Source: an uncultured Holophagales bacterium
GTDB taxonomy: Bacteria > Acidobacteriota > Thermoanaerobaculia > Multivoradales > UBA5704
Reading direction: 5' to 3'
DNA: 64,000 nucleotides
Assembly (NCBI GenBank): GCA_963842525.1
Contig: CAWJGT010000021.1
Span: 34,716 to 98,715, forward strand
The notes beneath the pieces were generated by a model. The model was given only the letters and a program-made list of their open reading frames with translations, was not told the DNA's origin and did no database searches. Both the position numbers and the translations under genes were made by a program. Of this stretch, positions 39,152 to 49,102 are shown piece after piece; position 1 is the stretch's first letter, and each line of letters opens with the position of its first letter.

Positions 39152-41727
39152 TGCGCCTCTACCGCACGTTGTTACATCTCTATCCTTCGTCCTTCTGGGC
39201 CGAGTATCGCGAGGAGCTGTGCCATGCCTTCGCCGAGCGGACCCGCGGGCTCTCCGGCCCCTTCGCCTCGCTGATGATCTTTCTGGCGGCGCTCACGGAT
39301 GTGATTCCCAATGCGATCGCGGCGCATTGGGATGTCCTGCGGCAGGACCTCCGCTATGCCGCGCGATCCTTGCGGCGCACGCCGGGCTTTGCGCTCACTG
39401 CCGTTCTCGTCGTCGCGCTCGGTGTCGGCGCCAACACGGCAGTGTTCTCGCTCGCGGACTTCGTCCTCGTGCGGCCTCTTCCGTACCGGGACGCGGACCG
39501 GCTGGTGAAGCTCTGGCAGCACACGCCGGGGTACGAGACGATGGAGCCGTCGCCGGGAAACTATCGCGATTGGAAAGCGATGACGACGTCGTTCTCGGAA
39601 ATGGGGGCCTATGCGGGAGGGGAGGTGAACCTCGTGGGCGCCGGCGAGCCGAGGCGCATCGATGTCCTGGCCGCCACGCATGAGGTGTTGCCGATGTTGG
39701 GCGTCTCTCCGTCAATCGGCCGCATTTTTACGGCGCAGGACGCGGAAAACACTCTCCTGCTCAGTCATGCGCTCTGGCAGTCGCAGCTCGGCGGCGACCC
39801 CAAGATCATAGGGACCACCGTTCGCCTCGACGGCATGCCGTATACCGTGCTCGGCGTGATGCCGGCTTCTTTTCAGTTTCCGAGCCGTGACATAGCGGCG
39901 TGGAGGCCGCTCGTGTTCGTCGAGGACGATTACACCGAGCGTGACAACAATTACCTCGAAGTCCTGGCGCGGCTGCGGCCAGGGGTCTCCAAAGAGCAGG
40001 CGTTCAGGGAGCTTTCCGTCGTAAGCGCCCGCCTGGAGCGGCAATATCCCAAGTACAACAAGGATGTCGGTGCGAACGTGCTCGGGTTGCGCGATGACCT
40101 GTCGGAGCGCTCGCGGCTGCTTGTCCTGGCGCTCTGCGGCGCCGCGCTCTGCATCCTGTTCCTGGCGTGCGCCAACCTCGCGAGCCTCTTCCTGGCTCGC
40201 GGCACGCACCGGGCGCGCGAGCTGGCGGTCCGTGCCGCGCTCGGTGCGGGACGCGAGCGGCTGGTGCGGCAACTGGTGACCGAAAGCCTGGGCATCGCCA
40301 TCTTGGGAGGCGTCGTGGGGATCGCTGCCGCCGTCCTGGGCCTTCCCCTTCTCGCCCGGCTCGTGCCGAACGAGCTCCCCATCGCCGAGCGTGCGACGCT
40401 GGACCTGCGCGTGCTCGCGCTGGCCGTGGGATTCATGCTGCTCACCGGTCTTGCGTTCGGCCTCGCGCCCGCGTTGCGTGCGGGGCGGAGCAACGCTCTC
40501 GACGCGTTGCGCAATGGAACACGTGCCGGCGGAGGACAGACTCAACGGGTGCGCGCGGCGCTCGTCGTGGTCGAGGTCGCGGCGTCCGTCGTGCTGCTGA
40601 TCACGTCCGGCCTCTTGATCCGCGCGGTCTGGCGGATCCAGTCGACCGATCCAGGGTTCATTGCGGATAACGTGCTCACGATGAGGACCGCGCTTCCCGT
40701 CAGCAAATATGACTCACCCGCGAAACGTGAGCAGTACTTCCAGCACGTTCTCGAAGAGCTGAGCGCGTTGCCCGGTGTGCAGGGCGCCGCTTTCGCGACG
40801 GGGCTGCCGCTGGCGACGCGCGGCCGTATCTGGCCGGTGTCGCTTGCGGGCGAGGAGGTGGTGCGGGGGAGCGAAAACACGGTGAGCCTGCGTTTTGTGA
40901 CACTGCACTATTTCGAGACGCTCAGGATTCCGCTGCGCCGTGGCCGCGACGTGGCGGAGAGCGATACCGACGGACAACCGATGGTGGCCGTCGTGAGCGA
41001 GTCGTTCGTCCAGCGACACTGGCCAAACCAGGATCCGCTCGGCAAGCGGTTCAACGTTGCGTTCAGCGAGCGCACGGTCGTAGGTGTGGTGGGGAACGTG
41101 CTGGTGCGCGGGCTGGAGCGGCAGAGCGAGCCCCAGGTGTATCTGCCGTACCAGCAGCAGGGCGAGAGCCTGCTCGGCTACATCCCGCAGGACCTCGCGC
41201 TGCGGACCGCCGGCACCTTGGATGCGGGTACGCTCCTGCCGCGGATTCGCGAGATCATCAAGGCGACGGACGCGGAGCAGCCGGTCTCAAATATTCAGAC
41301 GATGGAAGCGATCGTCGCGGAGGACACGGCCTCGCGCGTGACGCAGCTCCGTCTCCTTGGCGCACTCTCGGCGATCGCTCTACTGATCGCGGGGCTCGGC
41401 ATTCATGGGCTGCTCACCTTCACCGTGTCGAAACGGTCCCAGGAGCTGGGCGTGCGGCGGGCGCTCGGAGCGCAGGACCGCGAAATCATCGGATTGGTGC
41501 TGCGCGAAGGGCTGGTGCTCGCGCTGATCGGCATCACGATTGGCGTCGCCGTGGCCTGGGCCGCCGCGAGAGGGATGGGCGCGCTGCTTTTTGGGGTGCG
41601 TCCCGAAGATCCGCTCACGATCGCCGTCGCCACGGCGCTATGCCTCGCCACCGCCGTGGTGGGGTGCCTGCGTCCTGCAATGCGTGCCGTGCAAGTCGAC
41701 CCGCTGTCGGCGTTGCGCGCGGAGTAA
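39148..41727 (+). CDS. MacB/FtsX-like ABC efflux permease, ADOP type with permease-prefix domain
   Basis: The N-terminal prefix is LYRTLLHLYPSSFWAEYREEL. Two FtsX TM bundles and two periplasmic domains follow, ending with a [10 protein letters not shown] tail. Confidence 0.9.
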   Translation: MMRLYRTLLHLYPSSFWAEYREELCHAFAERTRGLSGPFASLMIFLAALTDVIPNAIAAHWDVLRQDLRYAARSLRRTPGFALTAVLVVALGVGANTAVFSLADFVLVRPLPYRDADRLVKLWQHTPGYETMEPSPGNYRDWKAMTTSFSEMGAYAGGEVNLVGAGEPRRIDVLAATHEVLPMLGVSPSIGRIFTAQDAENTLLLSHALWQSQLGGDPKIIGTTVRLDGMPYTVLGVMPASFQFPSRDIAAWRPLVFVEDDYTERDNNYLEVLARLRPGVSKEQAFRELSVVSARLERQYPKYNKDVGANVLGLRDDLSERSRLLVLALCGAALCILFLACANLASLFLARGTHRARELAVRAALGAGRERLVRQLVTESLGIAILGGVVGIAAAVLGLPLLARLVPNELPIAERATLDLRVLALAVGFMLLTGLAFGLAPALRAGRSNALDALRNGTRAGGGQTQRVRAALVVVEVAASVVLLITSGLLIRAVWRIQSTDPGFIADNVLTMRTALPVSKYDSPAKREQYFQHVLEELSALPGVQGAAFATGLPLATRGRIWPVSLAGEEVVRGSENTVSLRFVTLHYFETLRIPLRRGRDVAESDTDGQPMVAVVSESFVQRHWPNQDPLGKRFNVAFSERTVVGVVGNVLVRGLERQSEPQVYLPYQQQGESLLGYIPQDLALRTAGTLDAGTLLPRIREIIKATDAEQPVSNIQTMEAIVAEDTASRVTQLRLLGALSAIALLIAGLGIHGLLTFTVSKRSQELGVRRALGAQDREIIGLVLREGLVLALIGITIGVAVAWAAARGMGALLFGVRPEDPLTIAVATALCLATAVVGCLRPAMRAVQVDPLSALRAE

Positions 41728-41730
41728 GTG

Positions 41731-43632
41731 ATGACCAGGATCAGAGCAACATGGATCTCTTTCCTCCTGATTTTCGCGGCCCTTTCTGTTGAAGCGGACG
41801 GGCTGGAGGGCCTTTGGAAAGCAAAGCGGTGGTTCGGGCCCTTTGCTCGCGGCCCATTGGTCATGCAGCGGACCGGGACGACGTACACCGCCGAGATGAT
41901 CGGACGGATTGTGCCCGTCCGCCAGGACAAGAACGAGCTGTCCTTCGACCTGCCGAACGGCCAGGGATCGTTTCGTGGCAAGCTGCAGGCCGGAGGCGCC
42001 ATTGTCGGTCAATGGTATCCGCCGGATGCTCTTGGGATGGTCTTCAAGTATGTGTCTCCTGTCCATCTGAAGCCGGACGGTCCGGACCGGTGGAGCGGAC
42101 AGGTGGCCCCCTTCGAGGACACGTTCACGTTCTATCTGATGCTACAGAAGCGGCCGGACGGGTCGCTGGGAGCATTTCTTCGCAATCCGGAGCGCGACTG
42201 GGGCGCCCAGATCGGAGTCGAGCGGCTCACCCGCGACGGCAATGTCGTGAAGCTCCTCGGCAAGCGTCCGGGTCAGACGGAGGAACGTGAGCTGGTCAGC
42301 GGGACCTACGATGCCGACCGTGAGGTGATCACCCTGACGTTCCCGTCTCGCGGCGGGACCTACGACTTCCGCCGCGACGACGAGCAGAGCGATTTCTATC
42401 CGCGAGGCAAGAACCCGGGCCGCTATGAGTATCATCCGCCGCTGGCCCGCGACGACGGCTGGCCCACGGGGACCCTGGAAGAAGCGGACATCGATCGCGC
42501 GGGCATCGAGAGCTTCATCCAGAGGATCCTCGAGACACCGATGGAGTCGGTGGACAGCCCCGAGATCCACGGCATCCTGATCGCTCGGCATGGCAAGCTG
42601 GTGCTGGAGGAATACTTCCACGGCGAGCAACGCGACAAACTGCACGAAACGCGATCGGCGGCCAAGAGCCTCACGGCGACCCTCATCGGCGCCGCGATCC
42701 AGGACGGCGCACCGCTGAAGCTGTCGACGCCGGTCTACGAAATCATGAACGGTGGAGCCTTCCCCCCGGACCTGGAGCCGCAGAAGCGGGCCATGACCCT
42801 GGAGCACCTCCTGACTATGTCGTCCGGGTACTTCTGCGACGACACCAACCCGGACGCGCCCGGCAACGAAGAAAACATGCTCGATCAGACCGACGAGCCG
42901 GACTACTACCGCTATACGCTGAAAGTCCCGATGGCTTCGGTGCCTGGCGAAAAGGCCGTCTATTGCAGCATCAACCCGAACCTCGCCCTCGGGGTCCTGA
43001 GCCGGGCGACAGGTGAATCCCCGATGGCCACGTTCGACCGCCTGCTCGGGGTCCCGATGAAGATCCATCGCTACGGATGGATTCTGGATCCCGCGGGGAA
43101 CCCGTATGGCGGTGGCGCCGTGCAGCTCCTGCCGCGCGATTTTATGAAGCTCGGACAGCTCATGCTCAACGGAGGGACCTGGGAAGGACGCAGGATTCTC
43201 AGCCGCGAATTCGTGGCCCGAGCGTCCTCGCCTCTATACCACCTGCGTAATGTCGTTTACGGATATCTCTGGTGGGGGATCGACTATCCGTACAAGGACC
43301 GCACCGTGCACGCCTTCTACGCCGGGGGCGCCGGCGGTCAAGGGGTCATGGTGATCCCGGATCTCGACCTCGTCATCGCCACCTACGCGGGCAACTACAG
43401 CAGCAGAAGCGCCGCGATCAACACGCAACAGAACCTCACTCCCAGGTACATCCTGCCGGCCGTGCGCGAGCAGGGCGACGACAAGAGCGCGCCCGTCGTT
43501 CCACGGGAAGACTACGTCACCCCGTACGGCCGATCGCCTGTGTCGGGGCCGGTCTCGGGAGCTACGGATGTTTCAGGAGCCGGTCCCGGTCGAGAACCTC
43601 GCCGTTCAGGATCACCAGACGGATCTTCTTGA
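41731..43632 (+). CDS. Secreted beta-lactamase-family serine hydrolase with an N-terminal extra domain
   Basis: It has a signal peptide, the SxxK motif in TRSAAKSLTATLIGAAI, and YCSINPNLALGVL. The last 70 nt overlap the convergent amidohydrolase gene. Confidence 0.8.
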   Translation: MTRIRATWISFLLIFAALSVEADGLEGLWKAKRWFGPFARGPLVMQRTGTTYTAEMIGRIVPVRQDKNELSFDLPNGQGSFRGKLQAGGAIVGQWYPPDALGMVFKYVSPVHLKPDGPDRWSGQVAPFEDTFTFYLMLQKRPDGSLGAFLRNPERDWGAQIGVERLTRDGNVVKLLGKRPGQTEERELVSGTYDADREVITLTFPSRGGTYDFRRDDEQSDFYPRGKNPGRYEYHPPLARDDGWPTGTLEEADIDRAGIESFIQRILETPMESVDSPEIHGILIARHGKLVLEEYFHGEQRDKLHETRSAAKSLTATLIGAAIQDGAPLKLSTPVYEIMNGGAFPPDLEPQKRAMTLEHLLTMSSGYFCDDTNPDAPGNEENMLDQTDEPDYYRYTLKVPMASVPGEKAVYCSINPNLALGVLSRATGESPMATFDRLLGVPMKIHRYGWILDPAGNPYGGGAVQLLPRDFMKLGQLMLNGGTWEGRRILSREFVARASSPLYHLRNVVYGYLWWGIDYPYKDRTVHAFYAGGAGGQGVMVIPDLDLVIATYAGNYSSRSAAINTQQNLTPRYILPAVREQGDDKSAPVVPREDYVTPYGRSPVSGPVSGATDVSGAGPGREPRRSGSPDGSS

Positions 43633-44935
43633 GATTACCGACGTCCTGGACGGGGTCCGCGTCGAGCACCAGGAGGTCCGCGTTGTAACCGGCTTTCACT
43701 TGACCCACGGTGCTCCAACCGAAGAGCTCGCCGAAGTTGCTGGTCGCCGCCGCCAGCGCCTGGCGCGGAGTCAGCCCGATGCGCGTCAACAGCTCGAGCT
43801 CGGTGTGGAGTGAAATTCCGGGCATCGTGCCGAAGGCATCGGCTCCACTGCCGGCCACGAATTTCGCTCCCGCCTTCCGATACTGCTCATCGAGCATCAG
43901 CATCGCCTGAGGCACACCGGGAGGGAAGCCGTCCATCGGATTGCTGGTCGGATCCGGGTTGTCGCGCTCGCCGGTCGCCGGATTGGCAGGCAGGTGGATG
44001 TCCTTCGGATCGAGAATCGCTGCGATCGGCTCCTTCCAGGGATTTTTATGGCCCGGCATCTCCAGGTACATCATGCTCGCCGTGGGAATGAGGCCCACCC
44101 GGCCAGACGCAAGCACCGCGGCATGCCGTTGCAGGGCCGGATCGCTCGGGCTCAGGCTCACCAGATACTTGTAAAACTTGATTCTGGGCGGACCGAAAGG
44201 AGCGTTGGCCACCTCCTGGCGCAGCTCAGGAGGCGTCACATCCAGCGAATAGCGGCTGGTGTGGACGAAGGCATTCACACCGGCCTGAACGCCCTCGGCA
44301 TAGGTGGTCGCTCCAAACTCGCCGATCGTCGCCATGCCGAGCTCACGGGCGCGGCGGGCCGTCACGCGCACCTGCTCGGGGGTCATGCCGTAGTGGAGAA
44401 GCAGCGCCCTGGCTCCGCCCCGGGCCACAGCATCGATCTGCTGGATCAATTCAGGCTCTGACGTCGAAGCGGTATGACTCCATTGCCAATCGAGCCTGTA
44501 GATCCGGGGGCTGGGCTGCGCATCGACGAAGAGAGGGCCGCGCCGTCCGCCCGGCGGCTCACCCAGCCCGATGATTGAGGTCACGCCCATGTACAGATGG
44601 GCGTTGGCCTGGGCCTGGTTGTTCAATGCGGAAAACGCATCGTTCAGCCCAGGGACGATATACTTGCCGGATACATCGGTCACCGTTGCCCCGGCAGGGA
44701 TTCGCACCTCCTTTCGCGGACCGGCGGCAACGATCTGGCCACCGCTGATGACCACGACCGAGTCTTTGATGTCGGACGTCGAGCTTCCGAAGCCCGAGAC
44801 ATCGACGAGGGTGCCTCCTGCGAGGACCAGGGTGCGTGGCGGCTCGGCCGTCTGAGCCTTCGCGCCCGGATCCTGCGCGGCAACGGTGCTGCCGGCGAGC
44901 AAGAGCAGGGCAAGAGCGGAGAGTCGTATTCTCAT
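43562..44935 (-). CDS. Secreted metal-dependent amidohydrolase-family protein
   Basis: The ATG at 44935 gives the signal peptide MRIRLSALALLLLAGSTVAAQ. Matching motifs are GLNDAFSAL and the distal GYNADLLVLDADP, typical of the amidohydrolase superfamily. Confidence 0.75.
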   Translation of the reverse strand: MRIRLSALALLLLAGSTVAAQDPGAKAQTAEPPRTLVLAGGTLVDVSGFGSSTSDIKDSVVVISGGQIVAAGPRKEVRIPAGATVTDVSGKYIVPGLNDAFSALNNQAQANAHLYMGVTSIIGLGEPPGGRRGPLFVDAQPSPRIYRLDWQWSHTASTSEPELIQQIDAVARGGARALLLHYGMTPEQVRVTARRARELGMATIGEFGATTYAEGVQAGVNAFVHTSRYSLDVTPPELRQEVANAPFGPPRIKFYKYLVSLSPSDPALQRHAAVLASGRVGLIPTASMMYLEMPGHKNPWKEPIAAILDPKDIHLPANPATGERDNPDPTSNPMDGFPPGVPQAMLMLDEQYRKAGAKFVAGSGADAFGTMPGISLHTELELLTRIGLTPRQALAAATSNFGELFGWSTVGQVKAGYNADLLVLDADPVQDVGNLKKIRLVILNGEVLDRDRLLKHP

Positions 44936-44984
44936 GGATGGTTCTCCCCTGGACTTTCTCTGCTTGAGCCGTCGCGGTAAAGAT

Positions 44985-45356
44985 TCAGGGCAGCAGCACC
45001 GGCCGGTCAATGCTACGGAAGTCGCTGTCTACCGCGAGGATGGGGCAATCTTCCACTGTGGCCAGAGCATAGGCGAAGCAGTCACCGAGATTGAGCGGCA
45101 GCCGGAGTCGGGCCTCTGCGGCGATCTGAGCCTGGCGAACATCGGGAGGGATGAAGAGTATGCCGCTGCTCAGCAACTCGGCCTCCATCTTGTCGTAGAG
45201 CTGCGGCTGTAGGTCGCGAATCCGGATCAGCGCCTCTGTGAGATTGACCGTGCTCATCCGCAAGTCGGCCGCATGTTCCTCCATCTGGGCCACAGCCCAC
45301 TCCGCGTGAGGTTCCGCAAAGAAGATCGCGAGCAGGGCCGAGGTATCGACCACCAT
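44985..45356 (-). CDS. vapC: PIN-domain toxin
   Basis: The acidic quartet context is VVDTSAL, TEAL, LGDCFAYA and AVDSDF. Confidence 0.85.
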   Translation of the reverse strand: MVVDTSALLAIFFAEPHAEWAVAQMEEHAADLRMSTVNLTEALIRIRDLQPQLYDKMEAELLSSGILFIPPDVRQAQIAAEARLRLPLNLGDCFAYALATVEDCPILAVDSDFRSIDRPVLLP

Positions 45357-45358
45357 GA

Positions 45359-45595
45359 TCAACCCCAGAGGTCGGCGTCCGAGCGGAACCTCGGCTTCGG
45401 ATTCACTGGGGTTTGTCGGCCCAGGCCCAGCCAACTCGAGAAGTCTGCGGGCGACCGGCGTCGGCGCTCGCGCTCTGCGGTCTCCAAGACTGCCAACCGG
45501 ACCGCCTCAGACTTGGTGCGCAGCTGACGCAACCTCATCAACTCGTCCAAGGCTTCCTCGAATTCAGGTGTCAGATGGAGATTGAGCTGGGGCAT
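45359..45595 (-). CDS. vapB: Ribbon-helix-helix-type antitoxin
   Basis: The sequence is MPQLNLHLTPEFEEALDELMRLRQLRTKSEAVRLAVLE. It ends 2 nt before the vapC ATG. Confidence 0.7.
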   Translation of the reverse strand: MPQLNLHLTPEFEEALDELMRLRQLRTKSEAVRLAVLETAERERRRRSPADFSSWLGLGRQTPVNPKPRFRSDADLWG

Positions 45596-45680
45596 GGGGC
45601 TCCTCCTGTACAGAATATATACAGAACTCGCCGGCCTCGTCAATGGAGCCTGCCGCACCCCAGGCCCTTCCTCCCACCCC

Positions 45681-46007
45681 CTATGGATACTTCGGATACG
45701 CCGCTCTCTTCGGCGTCCACTTCTTCGCCTTCGGGATCTCCGCGAGCACGGCCTTGACGGCGGCTTCGAGCTGCGGATCGCGGCCGGCCTGGAAGGATTC
45801 GGCGTCCCATTCGATCTCTAGGTCCTGGTGGATGCCTTCGTTTTCGATGCCCCAGGTGCCGTTCGGGTCGTAGGAGGCGCGGTTGGGGATGGTGATCTGG
45901 CCGCCGTCGATCAGGTCGGGACCGAAAAGGGCTCCGCCGATGCCGCCGCCGCCGGTGCCGACGACGCCGCAGGGCCATCGCCATCCGCCGCAGGTCCGGC
46001 TTGCCAT
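45681..46007 (-). CDS. Hypothetical protein (Gly-rich N-terminus), 15 nt downstream of the PI-PLC-like gene
   Basis: ORF only. The same strand and tight spacing suggest co-transcription. No family recognised. Confidence 0.35.
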   Translation of the reverse strand: MASRTCGGWRWPCGVVGTGGGGIGGALFGPDLIDGGQITIPNRASYDPNGTWGIENEGIHQDLEIEWDAESFQAGRDPQLEAAVKAVLAEIPKAKKWTPKRAAYPKYP

Positions 46008-46022
46008 GCCGCAGGTCGGCCC

Positions 46023-47471
46023 TCAGGGATAGATGCCGCTGAAGGCCTGGCCTGCGCTGACGTCGTCGCCGATGCTCGCGGTCTGCGAGAGCGGCATCGT
46101 CTCGTGGGGGAAGAAGAGGAACTTGACGAGCTTGTCCTTGTCATGCGAGCTGGTCCCATAGCCGTGGTATCGCATGGCGCTCGAGAAGCTGAAGCTGCCG
46201 ATGAATTTCCAGGTGACGCCGTCCACCGACCCCCAGCCCTGGACCTGCTTGCCGCTGTTGCTGATCTGAAGCTTCACATAGCCGAGGGTGTCGTCGTCCA
46301 CCGTGTCGGGCGGTGCGATGGGGACTTCCACTTTCTTCGTGTCCTTGCCTGTGGCTTCCCGGTATTGGATACGCAGCGGCTCGGCGGCGGGGCGCACCAC
46401 GGCCAGATAGGCGGCATCGTCGTCGAGCGACGCGCGGGCCATGAGAGAGCCCTTGGCCCATTCGTCGACGTGCGAGGCGGGGCTGGAGATGAAAGTGACG
46501 TAGGTGCGGTCGGCAGTGCCGGCATCGGTATAGTAGAAGAAGAAGCTGTCCTCGTCCCCCCACAGGTCCTCGGACTTGCACTGCACGCCGTAGACGACGC
46601 CGGGCTCCGTCAGATCCGGCGAGATGGAGATCTGGATCCCTTGGAACGGCCAGCCCTTGTCGTTGTCGGTCTGTGCCCACGGGTCCTCGACGGAATTGAC
46701 CTTGTCCGTGGCGATCAGGTGGACCTGGCCGCTCACGGCTTTGTTCCAGTCGCTCTGGGAGTTGGCGGAGAAGACCCGGCTGACGAAGCCGCTGGAAAAG
46801 ACCTGGGGTCCGAGGGAGGCGGCCTGCGACATCTGCAGGTTGAAGTAGACGACGTAGTTTTTGGCGGTGATGTCCGAAGTCTGGGAAATCTCGGGGGCGA
46901 TGAACGCCGCGCGCTGGTTGGCCATATTGCCGTTGTCGACATAGACGTTGAGCTTGTCGGTGCTGCTGCCCACGCCGCCGCCGGTGAGCACGAAGATGAA
47001 TTTGCCACGCAGGTCTTCCAGCCGCGGCCAGCCGCCGCTCACCGCCGATTGCAGGTTGTTGGACGAGGGGCTCAGGTCGCCCGGGGTGAAGACACGGTCG
47101 CGCCCCAGGGAGAGGAGCATCTGGTCGAGATTCTCGATCGTATGCGTAGCGTCGAAGTTGTCCTTGAGGTCGATGAAGATGGTCGCGACCTCGTGATCGG
47201 GCACGGCGAGCTGGAGCCCCTGGAAGACGGTCATCGCGTCGGAGAGCTTGTCGACGGTCGTGCCCGGCTCCACGATATCGACGTGGTAGACGTACCAGTT
47301 GCCGGTCAGCTTCTCGCGCCCGGTCTTGCCGTTGTGGATGTCGATCTCCATCGACCGCAGGCGCCAGTAGAGGAACTGGTCGTAGAGCCCCTCGTCCTTG
47401 TCGTAGGAGTTGTGAGAAGACTTCTGCCGCACCTGGTTGTAGCGGATCTCTTCGTAGGGTGTGTAGACCAT
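46023..47471 (-). CDS. PI-PLC X-domain-like phosphodiesterase fused to a concanavalin/LamG-like (DUF1349-like) beta-sandwich; no signal peptide
   Basis: The motif context YNQVRQKSSHNSYD...RSMEIDIH...WYVYHV fits Ca-dependent bacterial PI-PLC-like domains. The C-terminal 170 aa are beta-rich (GYVKLQISNSGKQVQGWGSVDGVTWKFIGSF). GC is visibly lower than in the neighbours. Confidence 0.6.
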   Translation of the reverse strand: MVYTPYEEIRYNQVRQKSSHNSYDKDEGLYDQFLYWRLRSMEIDIHNGKTGREKLTGNWYVYHVDIVEPGTTVDKLSDAMTVFQGLQLAVPDHEVATIFIDLKDNFDATHTIENLDQMLLSLGRDRVFTPGDLSPSSNNLQSAVSGGWPRLEDLRGKFIFVLTGGGVGSSTDKLNVYVDNGNMANQRAAFIAPEISQTSDITAKNYVVYFNLQMSQAASLGPQVFSSGFVSRVFSANSQSDWNKAVSGQVHLIATDKVNSVEDPWAQTDNDKGWPFQGIQISISPDLTEPGVVYGVQCKSEDLWGDEDSFFFYYTDAGTADRTYVTFISSPASHVDEWAKGSLMARASLDDDAAYLAVVRPAAEPLRIQYREATGKDTKKVEVPIAPPDTVDDDTLGYVKLQISNSGKQVQGWGSVDGVTWKFIGSFSFSSAMRYHGYGTSSHDKDKLVKFLFFPHETMPLSQTASIGDDVSAGQAFSGIYP

Positions 47472-48257
47472 GGACGATCCCTCCTGGAAAACAGCCTTGT
47501 GTCGATAGGGTGGCCCCCATGACCGCCCTCCAGAGGTGTAGTGGGGCGGGACGTGGAATTATCGCGCCGGTGCGGCGCCGGCGCCAGGGGTTTCACCTGC
47601 TCAGCTCTCCCTGCCTCGCAGCCGGAAGGGCGCATTGCCCGGCGAGGTGCAATCCGGGCGGCGTTGAAGGCACGAGACTTTGCCCGCGCCCATGCCCTGG
47701 CCCAGCGCTATCTCGCCGACGAGGGCACTCCCAAGTCCCTGCGGACGGCGTTTCGCGAGATGCTGGAGGAGGATGCGCGAAGGCAGGGACAGTGAAATGG
47801 GCCTAGATCCGCGATTGGGCTCGCGGTGCGATTGGAGGCAGGAAGGCCCTCCCCTCCGCGAACGCTCGCGTGCTCGTATTCTGGCTCAGCGAAATCCGAT
47901 AAAATGGTGACTCTGCCCCTCTTGCGCGATCAGAACGGCGTCCCGATCGGCGTTCCATCCCATGAAGAGGGGATCGAAGCGGATCTTCTCGCATGCCATC
48001 TGGAGATAATGAAGCTCATGGCATGAAGGGATCTGGGGCTCGGCAGCGAGCCGATCGTAGACCTGCCAGTCGGACTCGCTCTGCGCGGCGAAAGCGGAGG
48101 CCCACACTTCCCGGGAGGGCGCCATCAGGACGGCTCGGGGCGGACGAAGCGTTCGAGACGGGCAGCAGCATCCTTGGCGTGCAGTGCGCTCATGAAAGGA
48201 GTCTACTCCGATGGCGGCTTCACCAACTGCGTCAAAAGCCCCTGAGGTGACGGAAGC

Positions 48258-49041
48258 TCAATCCCGGAGGGAGGTGAGGATCTCGACCACCGAAGCAGTG
48301 GTCGTCGCCTGGCGGAGGACGGATTTGAGGGTTTCCGACTCGTTGGAGCTCGCAAGGGCGGTCCGCAGGTCGTCGTCCACTGCGAGGCCGCGGGCAGCCA
48401 GAACCTCGACGATAGCCTCTCGGAGTCCTTGGAGCCTCTCCCTCGGCGCGGACATCCTCCAGGCTGGCATAGCCCTGGCGCTGGAGGAGATTGCGGAAGA
48501 TCACCCGGCGCGCCGCCTCGCGGTCGTAGAGGGCCTCCACCGGCAGCGGATTGGCGAGGATTCCTGGCGCTTCGAGCTGCTCGCCGGGATTCGCGATGCG
48601 CACCCTCTGGCCCGGCTGGTGCACCTCCACCCGCCGCGGACCGGTCAGCCGCACCACCCAGATATGGCGGGTGCCGGCGGCGAAGAGCTCTTGGATCTTG
48701 ACCTGCAGATCCGCTTCGTCCTGGCCTGTGTCGGCGTACTCGACCGCCAGGGGAGGTGCTCCCTCGGCCCATCCCGGCTGGTCGGGGATCTCGCCGACGG
48801 AGAGATCGGGGGCGCGGAGGATTTCCGGGGACGGGGAAAAACCGACGTCGACGCCAACGTCCTGGACCGCGGGATCGCTCGCGAGCACTCCGTCTCCCAC
48901 GCTCGTCGCCTTTCCTCCCCGGCGGCCCGTGGGCAGGCATTCAATGGGATGGCCGTTGGACAGCTCATAGGGGTCGCCGGAGCGAAGCTGGTCAGCACGG
49001 AAAGGGCCCTGAGATCTGGCGTGCAGCGAGTTTTTCGTCAT
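48258..49041 (-). pseudogene. Uma2 (DUF820) family putative endonuclease with a helical C-terminal extension; frame break near 48440
   Basis: APDLSVGEIPD...LAVEYADTGQDEADLQVKIQELFAAGTRHIWVV fits Uma2. After GYASLEDVRAEGE the sequence continues in ORF 48258-48470 (RLQGLREAIVEVLAARGL...). Confidence 0.65.
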
Positions 49042-49102
49042 AGGGCAAGTATAGCACCCGGCCCCAGGTTGTCCATAAAGGGAACACCAGGTTTGCGACT
49101 GC

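Noticed and set aside
47541-48200. The small ORFs 47541-47795(+) and 47886-48125(-), plus a 22-codon ORF overlapping its start. The second has a faint HEPN-like stretch (CHELHYLQMACEK).
   Set aside because: There is no R-x4-H motif and no partner nucleotidyltransferase, and alternative frames do not extend the similarity. These are left unannotated.
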